Of a stretch of 53,222 nucleotides of DNA, positions 27,748 through 36,854 are shown piece by piece. Positions within the stretch are counted from its first letter, which is position 1, and every line of letters begins with the position of its first letter. Location of the stretch: the IMG/VR virus record IMGVR_UViG_3300014501_000024, positions 1 to 53,222 of that record, one strand, 5' to 3'. Origin of the DNA: a virus. Its lineage: Duplodnaviria > Caudoviricetes. The translations under genes and the position numbers were made by a program. Below the pieces are notes generated by a model. That model did no database searches and was not told where the DNA came from. It saw nothing but the letters and a program-made list of their open reading frames with translations.

Positions 27748-30245
27748 TGCTCGGTTTTTCACCACTCGCCGGAGCACCGCTCGCCGCACTTCCAGCAGCG
27801 GGAGTCGCTCAGGTAGTCACCGCAGCGCCCCTAACTGCGACGTTCGCGCTGGGCACGCTGAGCGGTGTGTTCAACCCGCAGAGCGTAGTTGCCGCGCCGC
27901 TGACTGCGACGTTCACACTGGGCACGCTGAGCGGTGTGTTCAACCCGCAGAGTGTAATTGCTGCGTCGGAAACTGCAACCTTCGCGTTGGGCACGGTGTC
28001 GGTCACGCAAGTGGCCACCAACACGATCACTGCTGCGTCTTTGGTGGCGACGTTCGCGCTGGGCACATTGTCGCTCGCCTACGATCAAAGCCTCAGTGTT
28101 TCAGGGCTGACCAGCGTGTATGCGCTGGGCAGCCTGTCCCTTACCCAAATCGCGGGTCAGACTCTCACAGTCTCGGCGCCTGGCGTCGCTGCGACCTTTG
28201 GGCTGGGCGCGATGTCGCTTGCCTACAATCAGCCGATCACTGTTGGATCGTCGGTCACTGCCACGTTTGCGCTTGGCGCGGTGTCGCTGTTCCAGGGCCA
28301 GTCCATCACCGCATCGCCTCTCATCGCGACTTTCGCGCTGGGCACGGCGGCCCTTTCTTACGTCCAGTCGGTTCTTACTACCGGAGTGTCGGCGACGTTC
28401 GCACCCGGTGCGGCTACGGTGGTCGAGCCTGTGAACCAGACCCTCACTGTCGCAGCGCCCGTGACTGCGACCTTCGCGCTGGGCGGGGCAACGATTTCCA
28501 CGTTGGGCGTGAATATTATTGCAGTGGCAGCGCCCGCAGTGGCGACGTTTGGTTTAGGTCCAATCTCGCTCAGCTACGCCCGAAGCCTCACCATATCAGC
28601 ACCCACGACCGCGACGTTCGCGCCGGGTGCAGTGTCGGTAGTAGCACTGGGCGTGATCGCGATCACGGTGGCCGCACCTGTGACCGCCATGTTCGTGCTC
28701 ACTCCGGATATCAAGCTCGGCTATAACCAAAACGTGGTCGCGGCGGGGGCTGTGGCCACCTTCGTTCCTGGACCTGGCATCACGGTTGGGTTTGGGCTGC
28801 CGCAAACGATCTCGGTGGTCACTGGGTTTGATCTCAGTTTTAGCCCGAGTTCCCAGATCGTCGTGCAGGCGAATTTCTTGGTGTGCGCGCTGACGATCCC
28901 GCCCGGCGGCTCGGCGACGTTCAATGTGGTGTTCACGCCGACGGCGCCGGGTGTACGCACGGGCGTTTTGAGTTTCACCTCGAATGCGACGCCGGGGGCA
29001 ATCGCACTATCTGGCACCGGTGCCGCGGCGGTGGTGCCGGTTGGCAATCAAATCCTCACCGTGACGGGGGCTACGGCGACTTTCGCGATCGCTCCTACCG
29101 CCGTCGGAACCCTCTTGCGTCTCAGCACGGCTGGCAACCAGATCGTGGATAGCACGGGCGCCAACGTGAGGCTCAGATCCATCAACTGGTTTGGGGCCGA
29201 GGGCACGAACTTCACGCCTGATGGCATCTGGGGGCGTGGCTACCAGAGCATCCTGAACCAGATACAGGCGCTCGGGTTTAATTGCATAAGGCTGCCTTTC
29301 GCGGATGACATCTTAACTCAGACGCCTCTCAGCATCGACTATGTGGTCAACGCGGATCTTGTCGGTCTGAACTCGTTGCAGGTGCTGGACAAGATCATCG
29401 CTTATGGTGGAAGCCTCGGGCTTTACTTCGTGCTAGATCATCACAGGTGTTCGGCCACCACCGGCTCGGGCACCGATGGCTGGCCAGCAGCGGGTTGGGT
29501 CGGCGCTTACACGCAAGCCAACTGGCTGGCCATGTGGACCACCATGGCGACTCGGTATGCTTCCAACAAAGCTGTTCTTGGTATGGACCCTCACAATGAG
29601 CCGTACAACATCGCTTGGACCGACTGGGTGTCGGGCGTCGCCACACTCGCCAATGCGATCCATGCCATTGCGCCGGATTGGCTGGTGTTCTGCGAGGGTG
29701 TCGGCCTGGTAGGCTATACCGGTGGATCACCTGGGTACTGGTGGGGTGGCAACCTTTCGGGTGTGGCGAGTATGCCGCTTGTGCTGACCACGCCGAACAA
29801 GGTGGTCTACTCGCCACACGAATATGGGCTCAGTGCGAACGCACAACCATGGCTGGAAAGCACCACCAACACCGTCGCGGGTTGGCCGAGTTCGCTCGGA
29901 CCCGTCTGGGAGTTCGCCTGGAGCTACATCTTCCGCGAAGCCATTGCGCCGATCTGGGTCGGCGAGTTCGGCGGGAAGTTTGGCTTTACGGGCAGCGGTG
30001 CGGTGGACTCGACGCAGCTCAGCGCGAGCTACGAGGTGACCTGGCTAGACACGCTGATCCAGGCACTCAACGGCGACCCTGACCTGACTGGGACCAAGGT
30101 CATCGCGGGCGCCCAGAAGGGCATGAGCTATAGCTACTGGGCGCTGAACCCGGACTCGGCTGATACAGGCGGATTGTTGGAGGATGACTGGTTGACGGTG
30201 CAGCCTGGCAAGCTTGCGCTGCTTGAGCCGTTGCTGACGGCCTAA
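27747..30245 (+). CDS. virion-associated endoglucanase: ATFALG repeat stalk + GH5 catalytic domain
   Basis: TGATG coupling, MLGFSPLA start; INWFG, IRLPF, LDHH, HNEP (acid/base), WWGGNL, YSPHEY, GEFGG (nucleophile), W.LNPDS.DTGG. Confidence 0.9.
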   Translation: MLGFSPLAGAPLAALPAAGVAQVVTAAPLTATFALGTLSGVFNPQSVVAAPLTATFTLGTLSGVFNPQSVIAASETATFALGTVSVTQVATNTITAASLVATFALGTLSLAYDQSLSVSGLTSVYALGSLSLTQIAGQTLTVSAPGVAATFGLGAMSLAYNQPITVGSSVTATFALGAVSLFQGQSITASPLIATFALGTAALSYVQSVLTTGVSATFAPGAATVVEPVNQTLTVAAPVTATFALGGATISTLGVNIIAVAAPAVATFGLGPISLSYARSLTISAPTTATFAPGAVSVVALGVIAITVAAPVTAMFVLTPDIKLGYNQNVVAAGAVATFVPGPGITVGFGLPQTISVVTGFDLSFSPSSQIVVQANFLVCALTIPPGGSATFNVVFTPTAPGVRTGVLSFTSNATPGAIALSGTGAAAVVPVGNQILTVTGATATFAIAPTAVGTLLRLSTAGNQIVDSTGANVRLRSINWFGAEGTNFTPDGIWGRGYQSILNQIQALGFNCIRLPFADDILTQTPLSIDYVVNADLVGLNSLQVLDKIIAYGGSLGLYFVLDHHRCSATTGSGTDGWPAAGWVGAYTQANWLAMWTTMATRYASNKAVLGMDPHNEPYNIAWTDWVSGVATLANAIHAIAPDWLVFCEGVGLVGYTGGSPGYWWGGNLSGVASMPLVLTTPNKVVYSPHEYGLSANAQPWLESTTNTVAGWPSSLGPVWEFAWSYIFREAIAPIWVGEFGGKFGFTGSGAVDSTQLSASYEVTWLDTLIQALNGDPDLTGTKVIAGAQKGMSYSYWALNPDSADTGGLLEDDWLTVQPGKLALLEPLLTA

Positions 30246-30246
30246 C

Positions 30247-30262
30247 TTTATTACGTAATAAA
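30247..30262. promoter_or_regulatory. perfect palindrome TTTATTACGTAATAAA between the GH5 and GH48 genes
   Basis: same 14-bp core at 14806-14819. Confidence 0.6.
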
Positions 30263-30275
30263 AAGGCGAAGCCCC

Positions 30276-32660
30276 ATGGCACAGTTCGCCACGTTCACGA
30301 TCACGCTGGGCACGGCGTCGGAGCAGACCTGCTCGGTGGACTATACCACGGTGAACGAAACGGCGGTGGCGCCTACAGATTTCACTGCTGAGAGCGGCAC
30401 GCTGGTGTTTCCACCCGGAACGGTTTCGCAACCCGTCGTGGTGAATATATTGGCCGATACCACATTGAACGTCGCCAAATCGTTTGAGCTGCTGCTGTCC
30501 AATCCGGTGAACTGCATCCTGCCCACGATGCCATACAATAATTGCGTGATCTCGACTGCCACGGCTGAGATACCGACTTACCTTAGCCGGTTCAACTGGA
30601 TCTACGGGCAGCTCAAAAACACTGCGAATGGTTTCTTTGGCCCGGCGACTGGACCCAAGGCGTTCCAGATGCCCTATCATTGCAAGGAGCCGCTGATTGC
30701 CGAGGCGCCCGACTGGGGTCATGAAAGTGTGTCTGAGACAATCTCTTACTGGGTGAAGCTGGAAGCTTGGGAAATTGCGATGAATGCCAACACGTCGGGC
30801 TATAGCGCCGCGTGGGCGAGCATCGAAGACAATTACATTCCGACCCCGGAGTTTCAGCCGTGGACCAGCTACACGCCGGGCAGCCCTGCCACCTACACGC
30901 CGGATGGGGCCGATCCTTCCAGCTATCCAACGCTTGCCAATGCCGCGGTTGTGTCCGGTGTTGACCCGCTTGCCACGCTCCTACAGACAACCTACGGCAC
31001 GCTGAACATATACGGGATGCACTGGCTCTGGGACGTCGATGGCGTGTTCGGGTTTCATAATGCCGACGCCACGACTGTCGCGGTGGCGATCAACAATTTT
31101 GGGAGAGGGCGTCACGAGGGATTGTTCGATACGGTCACGCATGTTGGCTGGGAGGATTGGACCCAGGGCGGTTCATCAGATGGCGGCTTCCTGCCGATCT
31201 ATCAGCAGGGACTACCGACTTATCCGGCGGCTGAATACGACTACGCGAAACAATTCTCCTACACGACCGCGCCCGATGCCGAGGTGCGAACCATCGGCGC
31301 GGCATGGCTCGCGCATAAATTCGCCGCTGCGCAAAATCTCTCGACCGCAAACCAGGACACCAAGGCGCAGAAGCTGGGTGACTATCTGCGTTATTGTCTT
31401 TACGACAAGTACTTCCGACCAATTCCGGGGTATGACGCATCGGGAGCGCACAATCTGATCTCATGGTTTAGCGCGTTCGGCGGGGCAATTCCGTCCGATA
31501 GCGCCACCAGTGATTTCGGCTTTCGTATTGGCTCGTCGGCCAGTCACTTCGGCTATAACGGCGTGGATACAGCCTACGCCTTGGGCATGTCGACGAGCGG
31601 GCTTTCGCCCACAACCGCGGGTGCGGCGGCACAATGGCAGGCCAGCCTGTCGCGTCAGTTGGAAATGCTGCGTTGGCTGCAAAGCCCGGAGGGGCCTATT
31701 GCCGGGGGCGTAACAAATTCCTGGGAAGGAATTTACGCGACCCCAACCGATGGCAGGCAAAACTTTACGTTCTACGGTCTATATTATGACTACTCACCGG
31801 TGTATGCCGAGCCGCCAAGCAATAACTGGGTTGGGTATCAGGGTTGGGGCTTGGAGCGGGTCGCTGCACTCTATCTGGCGACCGTTCTCAAGAGCGACAT
31901 TTTCAGCGTGGGCATCTGCGCCAATTGCAAGGTGATCCTGGATCACTTCGTGCCATGGCTGCTGACGAATGTCACGGTTACGGCTGGCGTGATCTCAATG
32001 CCGCTGACGCTCAACTGGGTGTCGGCCACGCAGGTGGCGGGTCAGACCACGAATGTCACCAATCTCGACGGCACGTTTGAATATCTGCCAAGCCTCAAAT
32101 GGGACAGTACGGGCAATTACACGGCGTTCTGGGCTGTCGGCGCGGTGCCGAACCCCAACCTCCATTGCTCGATCGTTGCCACGGGCATCTCAGTGGGCAT
32201 CGCCGCCAGCTTCGCTCAGCTGCTTATCGAGTACGCCGAGGCGCACCGCACCGCACCGGGCGGCGCATTGACCGACACGATCCCGAACAGCACCTACACC
32301 GTGATGCAGTGCTTCACGCTTGCCAAAGCTCTGATGGATGCAATCTGGGGCTTGGCTGATGCGGTTGGCTTCACCGTGCCGGAAACGCGCGGCGATTATG
32401 TCGGCTACAACAAAGTCACCTACATCCCGCCCGGCTTCACCGGCTCGATGCCGAACGGCAACGCGCTGGCAAACGGCACCACGACGTTCATCTCGGCCAG
32501 GACATTCATGGAAGCCGACCCGGAGTGGCCGAAGGTTTCCGCCTTCCTCGCCGGCGGCGCCGCGCCAGTGTTCAGCTATCACCGGTTCTGGGAACAGACG
32601 GAATGTGCGGCCGGCTTTGCCATGCTGCATCAATATTTCAGCGACTTGGGAACAGCCTGA
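30276..32660 (+). CDS. Calx-beta domain + glycoside hydrolase family 48 cellulase
   Basis: N-terminal VDYTT...TA...DF....GTLVF (Calx-beta); PYH..E.L..EAPDWGHE..SE..SYW, YTTAPDAE, WLQS.EG.IAGG.TNSW, PPSNNW, YHRFW. Confidence 0.9.
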   Translation: MAQFATFTITLGTASEQTCSVDYTTVNETAVAPTDFTAESGTLVFPPGTVSQPVVVNILADTTLNVAKSFELLLSNPVNCILPTMPYNNCVISTATAEIPTYLSRFNWIYGQLKNTANGFFGPATGPKAFQMPYHCKEPLIAEAPDWGHESVSETISYWVKLEAWEIAMNANTSGYSAAWASIEDNYIPTPEFQPWTSYTPGSPATYTPDGADPSSYPTLANAAVVSGVDPLATLLQTTYGTLNIYGMHWLWDVDGVFGFHNADATTVAVAINNFGRGRHEGLFDTVTHVGWEDWTQGGSSDGGFLPIYQQGLPTYPAAEYDYAKQFSYTTAPDAEVRTIGAAWLAHKFAAAQNLSTANQDTKAQKLGDYLRYCLYDKYFRPIPGYDASGAHNLISWFSAFGGAIPSDSATSDFGFRIGSSASHFGYNGVDTAYALGMSTSGLSPTTAGAAAQWQASLSRQLEMLRWLQSPEGPIAGGVTNSWEGIYATPTDGRQNFTFYGLYYDYSPVYAEPPSNNWVGYQGWGLERVAALYLATVLKSDIFSVGICANCKVILDHFVPWLLTNVTVTAGVISMPLTLNWVSATQVAGQTTNVTNLDGTFEYLPSLKWDSTGNYTAFWAVGAVPNPNLHCSIVATGISVGIAASFAQLLIEYAEAHRTAPGGALTDTIPNSTYTVMQCFTLAKALMDAIWGLADAVGFTVPETRGDYVGYNKVTYIPPGFTGSMPNGNALANGTTTFISARTFMEADPEWPKVSAFLAGGAAPVFSYHRFWEQTECAAGFAMLHQYFSDLGTA

Positions 32661-32661
32661 T

Positions 32662-35172
32662 ATGGGCGGTTGGGCGGTCACCAATATGGGCGGGGAGATC
32701 CCGCTCAAGGACGAGCGGTTGCTGCCTGACAATCAGGCCACTGCGGCCTGGAACGTGGACCTGAACTCGGGACGCCTGGAAGGGCTACCGACGCTTGAGC
32801 TGGTCCAGGATATGACTCTGGTGCCTGGCCTGGTGAACAAAGCCTATCGGTTTCCCGGTCCGACCGTGGGTGTGGATCCTGATTATTGGCTACCCTTGCG
32901 CTCCACGTTCGCGAGCGTGGTCCGGTCGCCTCTGGCCAATGACACCCTGCATCGAATTTACTGGACCGAAAGCGACGGCACCGGCGCGTTTTGGAACACC
33001 TATGCGCGCTTCGTGGCGGGATTGCCGAATTACACGCTCGGGTTCCTGCCGGTCGAAAGTTACTGGATCCCCACGGTGGTCACCGCTGATGGCACGATCC
33101 CGATGGAGATCCCGAACTCGGTGGCGGTGTCGGCACCTGGCGCTGGCTATACACCTGGTACTGTGGTCATGGCCTCGGGGGGTGCCCTCGGGGTTGGCCA
33201 GGGTGTCACCCAGGTGCTCATCACGCAGACGCAGGTGGCGTCGATCGTGATTGCCCAAGGCGGCAGTGGCGGCACCGACGGTCAGGCGCTGATCTACGGC
33301 ACCACCGGCCAAGGTCGACGTTGGAGTGGCACCGGGACGATCTTGGGCGGCGTGCTGACCGCGGTGACCCTGACTGACCCCGGTGAGTATAATCAGAACC
33401 CGGTCTTGGGCGATGATCCGATCGCGGTGAACACTTCTACCTATCCACAGGGACCGGCAGTTACTACCAGCACGCCTACGCCTGCCTATCTGGCCAATCT
33501 GGCGGGTATTGTCTTGGAGGCCCCGACGTATTTGGGCGTCCCCATTACGACGTTAGCCCAAGCAGAGGCTGCTTACCCGGCAGTCTCATCACAGCTTATA
33601 ACCACGACCACACCGGGCAGTTTGGTCGGACCCGGTGTTGGCCTGACCGGTGCGGCGGTGAGTGTGACCATGGGCATACTCGACGTGTCGCTCCAATTCG
33701 CCGGAGCCTATCTCACCGCGCCGACCAACCCCGTTCCAGTGACCAATTACCCCGGCGGCAGCGGCAGCGGCGGATCGGTCACCCTGACCACGGCGATCAG
33801 CACCGACGTGCCCGAAGTCGAGCGGTCCTATATTTTCACCTACGTGGACGAGTATGGCGAGGAGAGTTCCCCCTCGGTCCCATCAGCCGTGGTCGCGGGG
33901 GCCTCGGACGGCACCTGGACCGTGTTCGGGTTGTCCAACGTCGCGCCGACGGCGCCGGCCGGCACGGTCTATCCGACCGTCGTAAAAATCCGCATCTATC
34001 GCACGATCACCGGCGCCACCACCGGCGGGAATTTCTACCAGGTGGCCGAGGTCGCGCTCCCGTTCGCGGCAAACCCCTCAGTGGGCTGGGTGGACACAAC
34101 CCCTGACTCGGCTATCACCGGCAACAACACGCTTCAGACCGCCTCCTGGGCCCCGCCTGTCGCGGGCCTGGACGGGCTGACCACGCTGCCAGGGGGTATG
34201 CTGGTCGGTTTCACCGGCAACACGTTGCATTTCTGCGAGCCGGACTATCCGCACACCTGGCCGGCGTCGTATGACATCTCGGCCCAATATCAAATTGTCG
34301 GTCTGGGCGTCTGGCAGTCCAATCTCGTGGTGCTCACGGCGGGATACCCGCTGACCGGTTCAGGCACCGCGCCCGCGAGCTACATCTTAACCCAGGTGCA
34401 AGTCGCTGAGCCGTGCATCGCGCGTGGCAGTATTCTCACGGACTTGCTTGGGGTTTACTATGCCAGTCCGAACGGTTTGGTGATGCTGAACTATTACGGG
34501 ATGAGCAATCAGACCCAGGCGATGATCACGCGCAATCAGTGGATCACCGAGTACAACGCCAAGGGTTTGATCGCTTGCCGGCACCGGTCGCAATATCTCG
34601 CATTGAACGGTTTGGGCACGGGTATCCTCATCGACTTCGCCGAGGGGCGCCGCGGCGTGGTCGAGCTGAACACGTTCGACAATGCCGATTGCATGTGGAA
34701 CGACGTCTACGCTGGCGACGTCTATGTCCTTGCCAACAAGATGGTCTATCGGTGGGATAGTCCAAACACTGGCCCGATGATCTGGCGTTGGCGCTCCAAG
34801 CGTTGGTCCGGCACCGAGCCGCTCTCGCTGGGCGCTTGCCAGATCACGCTGACCTCGGCGGTGACGAACCCACCCACCTACCCACCTTACGTCAATATCG
34901 GACCCGGCGTGATCAGCGATAGCGTGAGTGTGCCCGTCGTCACGACGCCCGTCGTCCCGACGATTGTTCTGCCTGCTGGGGTCAATGCCACGTTCCAGCT
35001 CTGGGCCAACGATCTATATTCTGTGATTACGCGCAATCTGCTCGAAGAAATCGAAATCTTCCGGCTGCCGTCCGGCTTCAAGAGCTTCGACTGGCAGTTT
35101 GAGCTGATTTCGTGCGTGCCCATCTTGAAGGTCGAGTTGGCGTCAACCATGGAGGAGCTGAAGAAGCTATGA
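32662..35172 (+). CDS. tail tubular/nozzle (stabilisation) protein
   Basis: GEIP...RLLP...A..A.N start; RSY..T.V..YGEES.PS; FCEP.YPH.WP; YASPNGLV; WRWRSK. Confidence 0.75.
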   Translation: MGGWAVTNMGGEIPLKDERLLPDNQATAAWNVDLNSGRLEGLPTLELVQDMTLVPGLVNKAYRFPGPTVGVDPDYWLPLRSTFASVVRSPLANDTLHRIYWTESDGTGAFWNTYARFVAGLPNYTLGFLPVESYWIPTVVTADGTIPMEIPNSVAVSAPGAGYTPGTVVMASGGALGVGQGVTQVLITQTQVASIVIAQGGSGGTDGQALIYGTTGQGRRWSGTGTILGGVLTAVTLTDPGEYNQNPVLGDDPIAVNTSTYPQGPAVTTSTPTPAYLANLAGIVLEAPTYLGVPITTLAQAEAAYPAVSSQLITTTTPGSLVGPGVGLTGAAVSVTMGILDVSLQFAGAYLTAPTNPVPVTNYPGGSGSGGSVTLTTAISTDVPEVERSYIFTYVDEYGEESSPSVPSAVVAGASDGTWTVFGLSNVAPTAPAGTVYPTVVKIRIYRTITGATTGGNFYQVAEVALPFAANPSVGWVDTTPDSAITGNNTLQTASWAPPVAGLDGLTTLPGGMLVGFTGNTLHFCEPDYPHTWPASYDISAQYQIVGLGVWQSNLVVLTAGYPLTGSGTAPASYILTQVQVAEPCIARGSILTDLLGVYYASPNGLVMLNYYGMSNQTQAMITRNQWITEYNAKGLIACRHRSQYLALNGLGTGILIDFAEGRRGVVELNTFDNADCMWNDVYAGDVYVLANKMVYRWDSPNTGPMIWRWRSKRWSGTEPLSLGACQITLTSAVTNPPTYPPYVNIGPGVISDSVSVPVVTTPVVPTIVLPAGVNATFQLWANDLYSVITRNLLEEIEIFRLPSGFKSFDWQFELISCVPILKVELASTMEELKKL

Positions 35173-35387
35173 GCGTAGACACCTTCGTCATCAACCGCCT
35201 GTGTTCTAAGCCGGTCGAATACACGGTGAAGATCCTGCACTTTGTCTCTAACGGCGAGTGGGTTATGGGCGTCAGTATTCACGATGTCTCTGAGCCTGAC
35301 GAAGTGCAGAAGGAGCGCGTCGCCGCGGACCTAATATACGCAGCCGAGTTGCTGGAAACCGCCGAGTGGAGTGTGACCAATGGCTGA
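35169..35387 (+). CDS. hypothetical protein
   Basis: ATGA overlap with the upstream gene. Confidence 0.5.
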   Translation: MSVDTFVINRLCSKPVEYTVKILHFVSNGEWVMGVSIHDVSEPDEVQKERVAADLIYAAELLETAEWSVTNG

Positions 35388-35517
35388 TACCCCTAACCCA
35401 AGTCTGCCCACGATCCCGCCGCCCACGCAGGATCCGGCCAGCCTGGCGTTCGTGATGACCCAGATGAAACAACGCATTGAGAACATCACCGCCTACCTGC
35501 TGGCGCTGAAAACCTGA
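35380..35517 (+). CDS. small hypothetical protein (45 aa)
   Basis: MADTPNPSLPTIP..., GGAG RBS; translated by eye. Confidence 0.5.
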   Translation: MADTPNPSLPTIPPPTQDPASLAFVMTQMKQRIENITAYLLALKT

Positions 35518-35554
35518 TACGCTTACTACCGTCGTAAACATTGGAGTGCATCCC

Positions 35555-35689
35555 ATGGCGAAGAAGCCCGATTTCCTGGCCAAATTCGAGAAGTCCGACA
35601 AGGACAAGAAGGAAGACGCCAAGGGCGCCAAGGACTTAAAGGCGAAAGCTGACAAGGACAAAATGTTTGGCAAAGGCAAAAAGAAATGA
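35555..35689 (+). CDS. small Lys-rich protein (44 aa)
   Basis: MAKKPDFLAKFEKSDKDKK..., GGAG RBS. Confidence 0.55.
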   Translation: MAKKPDFLAKFEKSDKDKKEDAKGAKDLKAKADKDKMFGKGKKK

Positions 35690-35892
35690 AGGGCATCCCG
35701 GCCGGCAAGAACAAGGGCAAAAACGTCTCGGGCTACGGCAAGGCGTCCAACCCCACCAAGGTCGTCGCTGGCAACGTGGCCTCGAAGGGTGCCATGCCGC
35801 AGAGCCCGATGCCGGGGCCGACCAATCCCGGCCAGCCGATCGCGATGAAGCGAGCTTTGGCTAAAAAAAGTCCCTCAAGCAAAGGATTATAG
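35686..35892 (+). CDS. small Lys/Gly/Pro-rich protein
   Basis: ATGA overlap with the upstream gene. Confidence 0.55.
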   Translation: MKGIPAGKNKGKNVSGYGKASNPTKVVAGNVASKGAMPQSPMPGPTNPGQPIAMKRALAKKSPSSKGL

Positions 35893-35895
35893 TCG

Positions 35896-36228
35896 ATGCG
35901 TTATATCAACCCAACGGGCAGCTTCGCCAATTTCTCATCGGGCAGCCCGATGACCATACTGTCGCCCGGCACAGGCACGGTGCTGCCGCTGCGCGGCCTG
36001 GTGCGCGACGCTTATATCGTCGGCCCGCTGGCGGCGTTGACGATTGCGCTGCCCCAAGTCAGTCGGGGCGAAAAGATCGGGTTTTATTTTTCCGGCGCGA
36101 TCACCACGCTGACCATGACTGATCGGCTGGGCGTCGCCATTGCGACCGCGCCTACCGCAGCCACGCTCGGCCAGTCAATCGAGATGCGCTACATCAACAA
36201 GACCCTCGGCTGGGTTCGCTGGCGGTAG
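35896..36228 (+). CDS. hypothetical virion protein
   Basis: GPLAALTIALP beta-rich motif. Confidence 0.6.
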   Translation: MRYINPTGSFANFSSGSPMTILSPGTGTVLPLRGLVRDAYIVGPLAALTIALPQVSRGEKIGFYFSGAITTLTMTDRLGVAIATAPTAATLGQSIEMRYINKTLGWVRWR

Positions 36229-36229
36229 A

Positions 36230-36688
36230 ATGGCGCTGAGTGCGATCCGCATCGACCATCCCGGCGACGGCGAGTGGGTCATGCAGCTCGCCGGTGGCGG
36301 GCGGTTTGTGACCGGAGACGACCATTGCTTTCTGACCACCTGGCTGGGCGAGCGGGCCGGCGGTTTCGTGGCATGCGAATACACCGGCAACGCAATGATG
36401 ATGCACATGGGCTCGATCAACCCGCGCTGGCTGACGCGCACTTTGTTATGGATGGCGTTCGATTACCCGTTCCGCCAGTTGGGTGTGGGCAAGGTCATAG
36501 CGCCGATCCGCGCCGACAATCTGGCCGCGTTCAAGTTGGTGAGGCGGCTGGGGGCTGATTTCGAAACGCGCATCCGCGATGTCTACGCGCCGGATGTGGA
36601 CATGCTGATGTTGACCATGACGCGCGAGCGCTGTCCCTGGCTGATACCACCTCGCGTCGCGACCTGGAGGGTTGGAGCCAATGGGTAA
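36230..36688 (+). CDS. GNAT-like protein upstream of the ejection genes
   Basis: WLTR.LL...FDYPF.QLG...V.A.I.ADN...L..RLG pattern. Confidence 0.75.
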   Translation: MALSAIRIDHPGDGEWVMQLAGGGRFVTGDDHCFLTTWLGERAGGFVACEYTGNAMMMHMGSINPRWLTRTLLWMAFDYPFRQLGVGKVIAPIRADNLAAFKLVRRLGADFETRIRDVYAPDVDMLMLTMTRERCPWLIPPRVATWRVGANG

Positions 36689-36854
36689 ATCCTTCGCACC
36701 GAGCATACCGGATTATTCACCGATCGTCGTGGTGGCAACTCAGGATGCCACCAAAGAGGTCAATAGTCTGACTGATTGTAAAACACGCATCATCCCCGAT
36801 GCCTACGCGCCGGATGTGGCGAGCGGAACGATCGGAGCCACCGAAAATGGGTAA
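36681..36854 (+). pseudogene. chimeric duplicate of the next gene's 5' end
   Basis: MGKSFAPSIPDYSPI vs MGKSSAPSTPDYSPI; DNA duplication. Confidence 0.5.

Noticed and set aside
26936-28726. Long alternative-frame and antisense ORFs (596 aa here; also 45110-46951, 40853-42241, 15028-16245)
   Set aside because: Shadow ORFs expected from high GC and repeats, overlapping well-supported genes
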